Positions 25,450-34,315 are shown, numbered from the stretch's first letter. The stretch: DNA of 38,410 nt from a virus (IMGVR_UViG_3300017691_000005:94052-132461), one strand, 5' to 3'. The notes: generated by a model not told the origin, from the sequence alone. Made by a program: numbers and translations.

Positions 25450-25486
25450 AAAAAAGCCCGGTCGGCGCTTTCGCGCCGCCGGGTTT
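25450..25486 (-). terminator. intrinsic terminator of the leftward operon
   Basis: On the minus strand: ACCCGGCGGCGC-GAAA-GCGCCGACCGGGC followed by TTTTTT. Confidence 0.85.
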
Positions 25487-25489
25487 GTG

Positions 25490-25645
25490 TTATTTGTTGT
25501 AATATTGGACGATTCTGTTCAAGATTTTTTGACTGTTTGTGCTGATAATACGATTTGATTCTAACTGTGCTAGATCTTGTATGAAACTGTCTAGTTCTTC
25601 TTGGGTGAATGTTAGTGTGTATATGGTTTCTTTGGTAATTTCCAT
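25490..25645 (-). CDS. tandem-array paralogue 1 (51 aa)
   Basis: IYTLTFTQEELDSFIQDL. Confidence 0.7.
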   Translation of the reverse strand: MEITKETIYTLTFTQEELDSFIQDLAQLESNRIISTNSQKILNRIVQYYNK

Positions 25646-25809
25646 TAGACACAAGCCTCTGTGAGTAATGGGATGAACCATTCACAAAAATAGTCAATGT
25701 TGGCAGGTACGTTGTCGTGTTCATAAGCATATGTTAGGGATTCACGAAGAATATTTAGTTCTTCATTGTCTAATTCAAGAGTATGAGTTGTCATTGAGTT
25801 TATTTTCAT
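25645..25809 (-). CDS. tandem-array paralogue 2 (54 aa)
   Basis: THTLELDNEELNILRESL; read manually. Confidence 0.7.
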   Translation of the reverse strand: MKINSMTTHTLELDNEELNILRESLTYAYEHDNVPANIDYFCEWFIPLLTEACV

Positions 25810-25811
25810 CG

Positions 25812-26066
25812 TTACTCCATATAGTCTTCTGCATCATTATAACCGGCGCACTCAACTAAAGCGTTGTTAATGCTATCGGCTTTCTTTGCAACATGTGACT
25901 TAAAAGCATGGTAGACACGACCGTTGGCATGGGACTGATAAGTCACTTTTGCTGACTGGTGTGTAAAGTCTAGAAGAAAGATGAGTAGCGAAATTTCACT
26001 CTCAGCCAGCCTAATGTCATAAGACTTTTCTGTAGGTTCTACCACTTGAAGTAGTTCAGCCATCAA
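25812..26066 (-). CDS. tandem-array paralogue 3 (84 aa)
   Basis: SYDIRLAESEISLLIFLL. Confidence 0.7.
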   Translation of the reverse strand: MMAELLQVVEPTEKSYDIRLAESEISLLIFLLDFTHQSAKVTYQSHANGRVYHAFKSHVAKKADSINNALVECAGYNDAEDYME

Positions 26067-26211
26067 TCTTCCTTAGGTTGGTGAGTTCAAAATATACATT
26101 GCGGGCATGATCGTCTAACACACTACTTTTGTTAAGATAGGAAAATTTTTCTAGAATCATTTCTAGATATACATGAGTTTCTTCTGTCATCTCCCATATA
26201 TATTTACCCAT
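26056..26211 (-). CDS. tandem-array paralogue 4 (51 aa)
   Basis: KYIWEMTEETHVYLEMIL; read manually. Confidence 0.6.
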   Translation of the reverse strand: MGKYIWEMTEETHVYLEMILEKFSYLNKSSVLDDHARNVYFELTNLRKIDG

Positions 26212-26390
26212 TAGAGATCCGAGTCATCAAAAGAATTAAGAATAGCGGCAGCCAAATCTTTCTCCGCCGGGATAAAAGCATTTGCACCATTCAGTGATCT
26301 AACCGCGTTCATGATATCGGAAAGAGTTGTTGCTTCTTCGCTGTTGAATTCAAACCTGTAAATGGGGTTGCTTACTTTTTCGTAATTCAT
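26211..26390 (-). CDS. tandem-array paralogue 5 (59 aa)
   Basis: IYRFEFNSEEATTLSDIMNA; read manually. Confidence 0.7.
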   Translation of the reverse strand: MNYEKVSNPIYRFEFNSEEATTLSDIMNAVRSLNGANAFIPAEKDLAAAILNSFDDSDL

Positions 26391-26397
26391 ACCCGCC

Positions 26398-26553
26398 TCA
26401 CACCGCCCCTAATTTTTCGTACATGTCGCTAAGAATTTGCTCGTAATAGTAAAATTCCGGGTCGGTACTGGCACGGTAAAGAAAACTGCGGAAATCGTCT
26501 GCTTCATTAGCATCTAGTTCAATGACTATTTCACTACGTCGTTTAATCTTCAT
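26398..26553 (-). CDS. tandem-array paralogue 6 (51 aa)
   Basis: EIVIELDANEADDFRSFL; read manually. Confidence 0.7.
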   Translation of the reverse strand: MKIKRRSEIVIELDANEADDFRSFLYRASTDPEFYYYEQILSDMYEKLGAV

Positions 26554-26717
26554 GATACCCCCGAAAATTTGGCTAGAGTGTCGTAGAGTTCTTGGACAAA
26601 ATCGGCATGGTCATAGGTCCGCCGGTCCAACTTAGAGGCTGTAATAAAATCTTGAAGCATCACAGCCTCATCTTTGGTGAGAGTGACTGTCATACGTTCG
26701 TAAGTTTTAGTTTTCAT
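26550..26717 (-). CDS. tandem-array paralogue 7 (55 aa)
   Basis: RMTVTLTKDEAVMLQDFI. Confidence 0.7.
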   Translation of the reverse strand: MKTKTYERMTVTLTKDEAVMLQDFITASKLDRRTYDHADFVQELYDTLAKFSGVS

Positions 26718-26871
26718 TTTCCATCTCCTCAAGAATTTCTGCCGCTAGATATTTTGAACCCCCAAAACCCTCTAAACCCAAAAAAGCATTCATGATGGTA
26801 TATAGGTGTTCGGCCTCTTCTGGATCAAAAGTAAATTCGTAAGTTATGTGCTTAATCTTGTTGGTCTTCAT
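26707..26871 (-). CDS. tandem-array paralogue 8 (54 aa)
   Basis: TYEFTFDPEEAEHLYTIMNA; read manually. Confidence 0.7.
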   Translation of the reverse strand: MKTNKIKHITYEFTFDPEEAEHLYTIMNAFLGLEGFGGSKYLAAEILEEMENEN

Positions 26872-26873
26872 AA

Positions 26874-27026
26874 CTACCTCACAAAGAATACTTGTCGAAG
26901 TTCGGCCATAAGTTCTTTATCTTCAGCGTCTTGATCTGGGTGGATAAGATTCAACAGGCTGTTGATCTTATACATTTCATCTAATGTAAACTCGATGATA
27001 TAAGTTGTTCGGTCTGCTCTTTTCAT
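26874..27026 (-). CDS. tandem-array paralogue 9 (50 aa)
   Basis: TYIIEFTLDEMYKINSLL; read manually. Confidence 0.7.
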   Translation of the reverse strand: MKRADRTTYIIEFTLDEMYKINSLLNLIHPDQDAEDKELMAELRQVFFVR

Positions 27027-27033
27027 AATACCC

Positions 27034-27225
27034 TCACGGCTGATGGTTGATGGTGTACTCAGGTGTTGGCATGGTCACAAGAAAAGTGTATCCCTTTTCA
27101 GACCCGCTCAACACCATGTCCGGTATCAGATGCTCGATAGTAAAAAATCCGTCCGGAGTGCGAATCACAGCGTAGTCATCGGGGTTGCACTGATTAAGCA
27201 GTGCTCTAAGTTCTTTTACTCTCAA
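27034..27225 (-). CDS. hypothetical protein
   Basis: TTG start (MRVKELRALL..PDDYAVI). The upstream part of the track ORF overlaps a separate membrane gene. Confidence 0.55.
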   Translation of the reverse strand: MRVKELRALLNQCNPDDYAVIRTPDGFFTIEHLIPDMVLSGSEKGYTFLVTMPTPEYTINHQP

Positions 27226-27479
27226 TGTGAATCCATAAAGAAAGTTACCCAGGAGACCGCCGCCATAATCCCACAGAAAACAACACAGGCTAGGGTGAAG
27301 GGTGTGAATCCTACTGCAAGGTTGAGTCCGAGCAGTCCAACAAAAATAAAGGTACAGATAAAAGGCCAAACTACCATTATTCCTCTTTCATAGCATTATC
27401 GTAAATAAACTGTTCTCCCGCGCGGGCGGTTGATTTGTCACTGCTATTGGCATAAGCAGCGACCATCTCCCAATTGATC

Positions 27480-27758
27480 TCAGTCAATTTGAACCCTTTC
27501 GGAGTTGGCGAGATGGGCATCACGCCTTCTACTTTCAGCATAGCGCCGCCAGTTCTCTTTTTCCTCGATCAAATGCTGCAAAAGGATATAGGACCCTCCT
27601 TTAATATTTGTGACATTGAACTGAGTAGCAGGATAATCCTTCTGTGCTAGATCCCAAGCCTCAATAATCCAGTCATAAGAAGTCTGCAAGTTTTGCTGTG
27701 CCTTGTTCAAGTAATTTTCTATCTGAGCGGCACGATAAGATCCCTGTTCGTCAATCAT
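27480..27758 (-). CDS. hypothetical protein
   Basis: GGAGG RBS. Confidence 0.65.
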   Translation of the reverse strand: MIDEQGSYRAAQIENYLNKAQQNLQTSYDWIIEAWDLAQKDYPATQFNVTNIKGGSYILLQHLIEEKENWRRYAESRRRDAHLANSERVQID

Positions 27759-28030
27759 AGTTCCTCCCAATGTTTTGTCCACTCGGGACTACCATAGCGA
27801 TTTTGTTCAATATTAAACCAGCCAGAAATTAGTCGAACGTAGGTAACACCACCCTGCCGAACAACTGAAGAAATTTTATCTGGCTTGGTCGAACTGATGT
27901 ACTCAAGAAAAGCCTGGTTGATTTCAGGATAGTTATTTCTTAGTGACGTTACTAGTGACACCGGTATATGATGAATATCAAAATCACCGCTCAAATCTTT
28001 ACTCACAAAAATGGGATCATTCTTCATCAA
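27755..28030 (-). CDS. hypothetical protein
   Basis: Coupled ORF. Confidence 0.65.
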   Translation of the reverse strand: MMKNDPIFVSKDLSGDFDIHHIPVSLVTSLRNNYPEINQAFLEYISSTKPDKISSVVRQGGVTYVRLISGWFNIEQNRYGSPEWTKHWEEL

Positions 28031-28283
28031 TCAAACCTCCAACTTTATAAGCAGCAAGAATAATAAGTGGTACAACAACGATGGTGGGAATCCACCAGTA
28101 AGAAGTTGCAAAAAGAGTAAGCAGATAAATGACACCAAAAATAGCCCCAGCAACTACTACTGCTGGAATAATCACAGAAAGAAAAAATAGCATTCCACCA
28201 GCAACACGCCTCAGTGGTTTTGGCAGATTTTGAATTTTCTTAGTCTGATAGATATCACCGGCATAATCAAGAGGGTGTTTCAT
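28017..28283 (-). CDS. two-helix membrane protein
   Basis: AAAGGA RBS; hydrophobic segments. Confidence 0.7.
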   Translation of the reverse strand: MKHPLDYAGDIYQTKKIQNLPKPLRRVAGGMLFFLSVIIPAVVVAGAIFGVIYLLTLFATSYWWIPTIVVVPLIILAAYKVGGLIDEE

Positions 28284-28547
28284 CAAAGTCCTTTCCAATC
28301 CAATAGAGAACGAAGATGATAACTGATAGACCTAGAACAATAATGATAGGCCAAAAATTAAGACTGATGAGGAGGAGTATAGATGTGATAGAAATAATCA
28401 GAGAGCAAAATATGAGTGTGGGGACAAGAATAAAGGTCATAACAATAAGACCGCTCAGTACATTACGTACCGGCGCTGGTAGTCGTTGAATAAAATTAGT
28501 ACCAATTAGATCTTCAGCGACTGCTAGAGGATCTTTTATAAACTTAA

Positions 28548-28769
28548 TTACCAGTTGACTTCAATCCTTGCCTGGTCGCTTTCCCAAGGACGGTCGCCCT
28601 TAGTGATTTTAACATCAAAATTAGCATCGTCGGGTGCTTCAATATCACTGAGAAAATCTTGGACATCTTTAACACTCGTAAGAAGGTCTAGATACATAGT
28701 AAATCTACGATCAATGTGTTTCACCAATGATTCTTCCTCCATTGTTTTGCGTACTGGCGTCGTTCCCAA
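28548..28769 (-). CDS. hypothetical protein
   Basis: ORF track. Confidence 0.6.
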   Translation of the reverse strand: MGTTPVRKTMEEESLVKHIDRRFTMYLDLLTSVKDVQDFLSDIEAPDDANFDVKITKGDRPWESDQARIEVNW

Positions 28770-28869
28770 TATGTCAGACCATCATTGCCTGTCATCCAAA
28801 AGAGAATGGCACCTAATCGTCCATTAACCTCATGCTTGAAGTCTTGTTTATGTATACGCATCTTCCCCC

Positions 28870-28912
28870 TTATAGAAAGACACTCCTATACGCATAAACG
28901 TATAGGAGTGTC
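28870..28912 (-). terminator. terminator-like 14-bp hairpin
   Basis: GACACTCCTATACG-CATAAA-CGTATAGGAGTGTC; TTTCT follows on the minus strand. Confidence 0.7.
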
Positions 28913-28922
28913 GTATCCAATA

Positions 28923-29336
28923 CTAAAATACCCAGTTTTTATCAGCGTGAAGTGTGCGAATGGTTGAAATCCATTTGCGTGAGACATAATCCGCTTCAGT
29001 AATTGGCTCATCAAAACTTTTACCATCACGGCGCCAACCGTCAGGGTCCATAATGACAATACCCTCTTCAGCAGCCCACTCTACAGGCTTCTTTTTAATC
29101 TTAGTAGGTGTCTTGTCTACCTCTTCATCCAACCACACTACACGAGTCGCGCCGTTGTGTCCATGAATTGCAACAACGTCTTTTATACCGCCCTCATAAA
29201 CTACGGTAGACCTAAACGAACTAAGCCAGCGAAGACTAACCGTTCCATCAGTAAACTCAATACCTTCAACAACAGCGCCGGTACCTGAAATACCGGACAC
29301 ATCAGTATCTCTATGAAGTTCAAACCTCCGTGACAT
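28923..29336 (-). CDS. two-domain hypothetical phage protein
   Basis: RRFELHRDTDVSGISGTG.V.EGIEF.DG.V.LRW..IHGH.G.T.VVW plus a second domain (IMDPDGWRR..DEPITE). Confidence 0.75.
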   Translation of the reverse strand: MSRRFELHRDTDVSGISGTGAVVEGIEFTDGTVSLRWLSSFRSTVVYEGGIKDVVAIHGHNGATRVVWLDEEVDKTPTKIKKKPVEWAAEEGIVIMDPDGWRRDGKSFDEPITEADYVSRKWISTIRTLHADKNWVF

Positions 29337-29634
29337 CATGATCACCCCACTGCTTTACCTCATCATAAGTTTCCTCGAAAATGTCCATATCGCAGGGATA
29401 AAACTCGCCTCTGACACCTTTGATAATATAATCTCCGGGCTTGGCAAGGTGGTCGCCTTCAAGAGTGTGAATAACTAAATAAGAACGAATTTCATAGTAT
29501 TTCAAGTGGTCATTTTTTTTGACTTCTCCGCCGCACCATTCAGCAATATCATAAGCATTATCGCCGTAAGGGTAACTGAGTTGATAAGCCTCAATGACTA
29601 CTGGCTTTTTGCGGTACTTCTTAATTTCGCTCAC
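29320..29634 (-). CDS. widespread phage protein (KYRKKPVVIEA family)
   Basis: KKYRKKPVVIEA..IHTLEGDH.A.PGDYIIKGV.GEFYPC..IFE.TY. Confidence 0.8.
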   Translation of the reverse strand: MSEIKKYRKKPVVIEAYQLSYPYGDNAYDIAEWCGGEVKKNDHLKYYEIRSYLVIHTLEGDHLAKPGDYIIKGVRGEFYPCDMDIFEETYDEVKQWGDHDVTEV

Positions 29635-29927
29635 TCAGCGTCCTCTTCTTCAAGACTTGCTAGATAATCATCCACAACTTGTTCAATATACTGACCATCT
29701 GGGTCATTAAAAGTTGCAAAAGCAATAAGTTCCTCACGCAGCGGAATAACTTCACGCCCCGCTGCTGCATAAAGAGCATCAACAATCTGATAAATTTCTT
29801 CAATATTGACAATCACTCGTACTGAATCTCTAAAATTGACTTTAAGATAAATACTTGCTTCGTCTTCGTTACAAAGACTATTATCAACTTTGAGAATTGA
29901 CTCATCTTCACCTATTAGTTCCAGCAT
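29631..29927 (-). CDS. acidic hypothetical protein
   Basis: AAGGAG RBS. Confidence 0.65.
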   Translation of the reverse strand: MLELIGEDESILKVDNSLCNEDEASIYLKVNFRDSVRVIVNIEEIYQIVDALYAAAGREVIPLREELIAFATFNDPDGQYIEQVVDDYLASLEEEDAE

Positions 29928-29936
29928 TTTATCTCC

Positions 29937-30665
29937 TTAGATATGAACGACTGACTTTGTGTCTGCTAAGAGTGCATCAAACGTAGGCTTTACAGAGTGG
30001 TAGCCAAAGGCGTACGAGCCTTGAGCGGGGTTCCAGGCTCTAAAAGCCCTTCCAGCCCTTTCTACAACTACTTTTTGAGCAGCGGTAGGACGGTTGATCA
30101 TAGGGTTCTTTGCTTTGACATCTGATCTGTTTTGATCTTCGTATTTAACATAGTAGCGAACATCACTGATCAAACCGGCCTGCTTAAGTTCAAGAGCCGC
30201 CTGTCCCATGTTTCGATGATCTGAATGAGAATCCAGATAAGTCATGACCTTATGTGAAGCGGCAGGATACTGACGTTCGTAATCTCTAATAATATCCTTA
30301 GAAGTGTCTACACTAATACCTTCAGGAAATCCAATAACACCCCAACTAACATTTACTCTACCATTGGCATAGAGGCGGTAGGCTCCAATTTCTGAAATGA
30401 ATTCAGATTCACGAGCAAGTGTAATATCAGTAGGGGTTAGAGGGTTAACTTCATAATTCTCTAGTGCAGGGTTATGACGATGACCTTCATAGGTATCCGC
30501 CGATCCATTGAGAACGTTTTGCATATATTGACTTGAGCCTAGAGTTGCTAGAACCACAATAATGTCTCTACCGGCGTCAATATGTTGAATAATATCTGTA
30601 CTCATCGACAGATAAGAATCATCAGCATGTGGTGCATAAAAAATTGCGGGGGAACGAGTTACCAT
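29937..30665 (-). CDS. PIG-L/LmbE-family zinc N-deacetylase
   Basis: FYAPHADD, ARESEF and DSHSDH motifs. Confidence 0.8.
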   Translation of the reverse strand: MVTRSPAIFYAPHADDSYLSMSTDIIQHIDAGRDIIVVLATLGSSQYMQNVLNGSADTYEGHRHNPALENYEVNPLTPTDITLARESEFISEIGAYRLYANGRVNVSWGVIGFPEGISVDTSKDIIRDYERQYPAASHKVMTYLDSHSDHRNMGQAALELKQAGLISDVRYYVKYEDQNRSDVKAKNPMINRPTAAQKVVVERAGRAFRAWNPAQGSYAFGYHSVKPTFDALLADTKSVVHI

Positions 30666-30680
30666 ATTTCTCCTATAAGT

Positions 30681-30896
30681 TTATTCTTCAATTCCATCCC
30701 AACCAACTTGGTTGAGACCATAACTGTGATGCGGCATTGAATTAAGTCTAGTTTGTTGCTGATTGCCAAGTGCTTTAATTATTTCTCTGGCAAGCAAGCC
30801 GTTATGCGGGGTCTTAACTCCAAATGAATCAAGAACTTTTACCACAGCATTTACGGCAGAATCGCTAACATCTTCTAGACCTCCATGAATTCCCAT
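30681..30896 (-). CDS. hypothetical protein
   Basis: Coupled ORF. Confidence 0.55.
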   Translation of the reverse strand: MGIHGGLEDVSDSAVNAVVKVLDSFGVKTPHNGLLAREIIKALGNQQQTRLNSMPHHSYGLNQVGWDGIEE

Positions 30897-31057
30897 GAAG
30901 CCACCTCATCATCTTGGACCCATATATCTGAGTCTCCATCAGGAAATTTTACCACCCAAAGTGGTCGTCCATCTACTCTTTTGTCTTCACGAACAATTTC
31001 AGCCCACTCACCACGGCGGTAGTGAGCCCAATGATTAGATTTAACTAGTTTAGGCAT
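30875..31057 (-). CDS. small SH3-like beta protein (tentative)
   Basis: AAGGA RBS; beta-strand pattern (WAEIV..LWVVKFPDG..IWV). Confidence 0.55.
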   Translation of the reverse strand: MPKLVKSNHWAHYRRGEWAEIVREDKRVDGRPLWVVKFPDGDSDIWVQDDEVASWEFMEV

Positions 31058-31292
31058 TCTTCATCCTTAGTCCGATAGTGTAAAACGTTCCAGCAAGTCC
31101 ATAAATTGCGCCTAGTGCGATAAGAGAATCAATCAAGTGGTACGCTCCTTAATAGAAATAAAATTAGACACAATGGCTTTCTTACGGCCACGCTCATCAC
31201 AGAAATAAACAAAATAATGACTTATTTCTACACCATGAGCATTATACGTTTCGTATTCCTCTCGACCTGTAGAGGGATTGATGAATCTAACT

Positions 31293-31577
31293 TCATAGCG
31301 TTTCATTTCGGCTCCCGTTTTCCCTATTGCGTCGTTTGATTCTCACAGCGGTTTTAATATTGTCAGTTTGCTCTTTAACAAAGATATAAAGCCAGTAAAA
31401 AATAACGCCCACAACAAACAAGCAAACAGATATTAGAAATATATAAGAAACGATCATATTTAATGATATGAGGTAAAAGAATAGCCATATAGAACCAAAC
31501 GCAAGTGCAATAAGTAAAATAATGGCGGCCACACCGAGTAGCCGCCATCCAATCTCAACAAGATAGTCCTTCACCAT
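31293..31577 (-). CDS. membrane protein
   Basis: AGGAG RBS; two hydrophobic helices. Confidence 0.7.
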   Translation of the reverse strand: MVKDYLVEIGWRLLGVAAIILLIALAFGSIWLFFYLISLNMIVSYIFLISVCLFVVGVIFYWLYIFVKEQTDNIKTAVRIKRRNRENGSRNETL

Positions 31578-31695
31578 AAACTCCTAGAAGCAAGTATCGC
31601 AAGTGCAGTGATTATATTTTCCTGATTCGCAGTTGGAACCTGCATCATGCGGAGGAAACATACCTCTACCCCATTTTTCACAATAGTTGCAGCCT

Positions 31696-31911
31696 TCAAC
31701 TTTCATCCGTCTTTGATTCGACATTTTGGTCCTCAAGGTAGGCGGGCGGGGGTGCGAGGATATGACCTGCTGCGTGCAACTTGTTAATAAATAAAGCGTC
31801 TTCCGGATTGATGTTCTTCAATATAAGATGCATCACGTCATAGATACGCGACAAAACTATATGGTTTGCGGCATCTAGGTTTTCAAACAGGTCGTGCTTC
31901 ACATCTTCCAT
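31696..31911 (-). CDS. hypothetical phage protein
   Basis: LSRIYDVM..LHAAG..LAPPP. Confidence 0.7.
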   Translation of the reverse strand: MEDVKHDLFENLDAANHIVLSRIYDVMHLILKNINPEDALFINKLHAAGHILAPPPAYLEDQNVESKTDES

Positions 31912-31936
31912 AAGACCTACAATCTTTACGCTTTAG

Positions 31937-32584
31937 TCATAGTTTAGGGTTTTCTTCATGCAACATCTTAGCCATTACAATCATTGCAGAGAAGGTCCAT
32001 CCTGAATGCCCTTCGTCAACACCCGGTACAAGTTCAATTTGTTTCTTATAATCAAGGCCGTTGAACTCATCAATCTTTTCAACTGGATTGTCAAACTGGA
32101 GGGACCATTCGTATAGCATCTGGGCTTGGGATACACAGAAAAGTTCATAGGCTCCATCGTTGAGCCAGAACTCTACTGTACCAGACTCAGACTCGAAACG
32201 CTCTAGGCGCTGACGAAGTGGCGGTAGCAGTTTATTCTTCTGCTCTAGCCATTTTTCGATATTTTCATCATATTCTTTTTGTTTACGATCTTTAATATCC
32301 TGAAGATAATCAGCATGTTCTTGATCTACTTCAGCGCGGGTTTTATACATATACTGGTATTCTCCGACTCTAACACCGGTAAACCTACCTCCCCATCCAG
32401 TATGGTTATACCAATGAACAGTGGCGATATCGCCGGGCTTAGGTAGAGGATAATCATTTTCATTAGGGACGTAGATGGAACCACCCTGAATAAAAGTAAT
32501 AGCAAAATGCTTATCGTAAGGGTCAACTTTTTCAATTTCTTGCGTTGTAACAGTCCATCCATCGGATGCATCAACAGTTGCCAT
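31937..32584 (-). CDS. hypothetical protein
   Basis: AAGGAG RBS; 215 aa. Confidence 0.75.
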   Translation of the reverse strand: MATVDASDGWTVTTQEIEKVDPYDKHFAITFIQGGSIYVPNENDYPLPKPGDIATVHWYNHTGWGGRFTGVRVGEYQYMYKTRAEVDQEHADYLQDIKDRKQKEYDENIEKWLEQKNKLLPPLRQRLERFESESGTVEFWLNDGAYELFCVSQAQMLYEWSLQFDNPVEKIDEFNGLDYKKQIELVPGVDEGHSGWTFSAMIVMAKMLHEENPKL

Positions 32585-32806
32585 TTTTACTCCTTATTGA
32601 AGGGTCAGTCTTGATAGACATAATTTTCATCGTAATCATAAGATTTTTTATAAAAGTCGAACGCTTCTAGCGGCGGGTTGTGTCGAAGAAGAACGTAACA
32701 GTCTTGATGCAATTCAGTTTTAAAACTTACCCACCCATTATGGGTAAAATAACTTATATCTTCTAAATCAAGTTCTGGTCTTGGGATAACTCTTAGTTCA
32801 ATAACA

Positions 32807-33361
32807 TTATCGATCTTTAAACTTGATGTAGTCTGTGATGAAGTCATATCTCACCTTATTCCACTTAGCATCCTCAAGAGCATTGTGTAGCCCTTCGGGC
32901 TGACGAGGCATTTGCGGGTTACCTGCAAGTTTCACTAGAGTCTTAATATCATTTGTGAACATAGGTACGTTTTTTGGGAGGTCCATCATGGTCCCGAACG
33001 TTAGAGCCAAGCATACATGATCGTAACTACCATACCAAGCCCACAGGTCAGCGTCTTTTCCAATAAAATCGGAAAGTTCTTCGGCAATCTGTTTTCTAGG
33101 TTTTGCATTTGCTTCTGGCAGTAGATCGACAAAAGGCCGGGGCATATCATCAGCCCTAACGTAACCTGCCGCTATTGCATGGGGAATATTACACATAACA
33201 TTTTCCATAATCCACTGATGTTTTGCTACTGCATACCTATCAAAGTCATCGTAAACAGCGTAATACTCATCACCTAGATCATTAACGATCCCAATAGAAA
33301 TTGGCTCAATTGGATAGCCAAATCCTCGCTCGATGAATTCAAAATCATAATAATATCTCAT
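32807..33361 (-). CDS. Rv2179c-like DEDDh 3'-5' exoribonuclease
   Basis: YYDFEF, AWYGSYDHV, FGTMMDLP and LHNALEDAKW motifs. Confidence 0.88.
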   Translation of the reverse strand: MRYYYDFEFIERGFGYPIEPISIGIVNDLGDEYYAVYDDFDRYAVAKHQWIMENVMCNIPHAIAAGYVRADDMPRPFVDLLPEANAKPRKQIAEELSDFIGKDADLWAWYGSYDHVCLALTFGTMMDLPKNVPMFTNDIKTLVKLAGNPQMPRQPEGLHNALEDAKWNKVRYDFITDYIKFKDR

Positions 33362-33384
33362 TACTTCCCCTTAATTTAAGGTAA

Positions 33385-33594
33385 CTATTTGTTTTTGTCT
33401 TTATGCTTTTGGATTTCAATAATAATTTCAGCAACAAGGGGGTGTAGATCTTCTATGTGAACCCATTCAGCATTTCGATCTTGTGGACCTGCCAACCCGT
33501 ATCCATTAACGGCTTGATCCCACACTGCCCATACTGAATATTCAGAATCTTTAGGATCTTGCTTTACCGTTCTCCAGCGCCAAGGCGCACTCAT
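33385..33594 (-). CDS. hypothetical protein
   Basis: AAAAGG RBS. Confidence 0.6.
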   Translation of the reverse strand: MSAPWRWRTVKQDPKDSEYSVWAVWDQAVNGYGLAGPQDRNAEWVHIEDLHPLVAEIIIEIQKHKDKNK

Positions 33595-33788
33595 CCGTAC
33601 ATCCTTTTATCCCATTCACCTCTTGTCTCAAGAGGTTTTATCTTATGCCACCAATCATGATGGACCTGAGCAACTTTAAATCCTTGTTGATGACTTTCGA
33701 CAGCCTCGTGGGTTTCGCATTTGTAACAAATAAGCGTCCAAGTTTTACTAAAACGCCCCTTTTTAATTTTGAAAATACTCATATTCAC
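33591..33788 (-). CDS. hypothetical Zn-binding protein
   Basis: CYKC..H..H..H. Confidence 0.55.
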   Translation of the reverse strand: MNMSIFKIKKGRFSKTWTLICYKCETHEAVESHQQGFKVAQVHHDWWHKIKPLETRGEWDKRMYG

Positions 33789-34315
33789 CCAATCAGAAAT
33801 ATACAGATAACAGCGATTAAGATGTGGAGGGTATTATCTGTAATAATCATTAGCCAAGTTGACAGCCAATCCGGCGTACCCGGCGGGTATCCATTTTGGG
33901 GTTTATAATCTTTCCAATATCTTCTATGCTTAACTTTTTTAGCCGACGGTGGAGCCGTTGACATATTAGGGTGTATGGGGCGTGACATTGCAGTATCTAA
34001 ACTATCCCATCCCGTTTCATACTGTTTGGTTTCTCCTGTTTCTAGCCACTTGTATTCATAATGGAACGACCTAGGTCCAAGTAGATTCTTTAGGTATGAA
34101 AAATGTTTAGCCAATCTATATCTATCAATCACGGCATGAGTGCCAGCAATGATAATAAGAGAAATAGGATTGAGGGTGATGAACAGGAACGGCAAAGTGT
34201 AGGTAATACCGTGAACAATCGCCGGGAACCAGCGTTTTACCTTCTCATTAGCCATCCAATGTGACTGTAATAGATAATCACCGATCAAATGAGCGAGAAT
34301 GATAGCGCCTATCAT
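33785..34315 (-). CDS. DUF3307-family membrane protein
   Basis: LAHLIGDYLLQS.WMA.EK, HG..Y, THAVIDRYRLA and DNTLH motifs. Confidence 0.85.
   Translation of the reverse strand: MIGAIILAHLIGDYLLQSHWMANEKVKRWFPAIVHGITYTLPFLFITLNPISLIIIAGTHAVIDRYRLAKHFSYLKNLLGPRSFHYEYKWLETGETKQYETGWDSLDTAMSRPIHPNMSTAPPSAKKVKHRRYWKDYKPQNGYPPGTPDWLSTWLMIITDNTLHILIAVICIFLIG

Noticed and set aside
26755-26790. C/A-tract repeats (AACCCCC, AAAACCC)
   Set aside because: They fall inside paralogue 8 and encode FLGLEGFGG.
27226-27369. N-terminal part of track ORF 27034..27369
   Set aside because: It overlaps a better hydrophobic ORF in another frame (MVVWPFIC...); the real start is probably TTG 27225.
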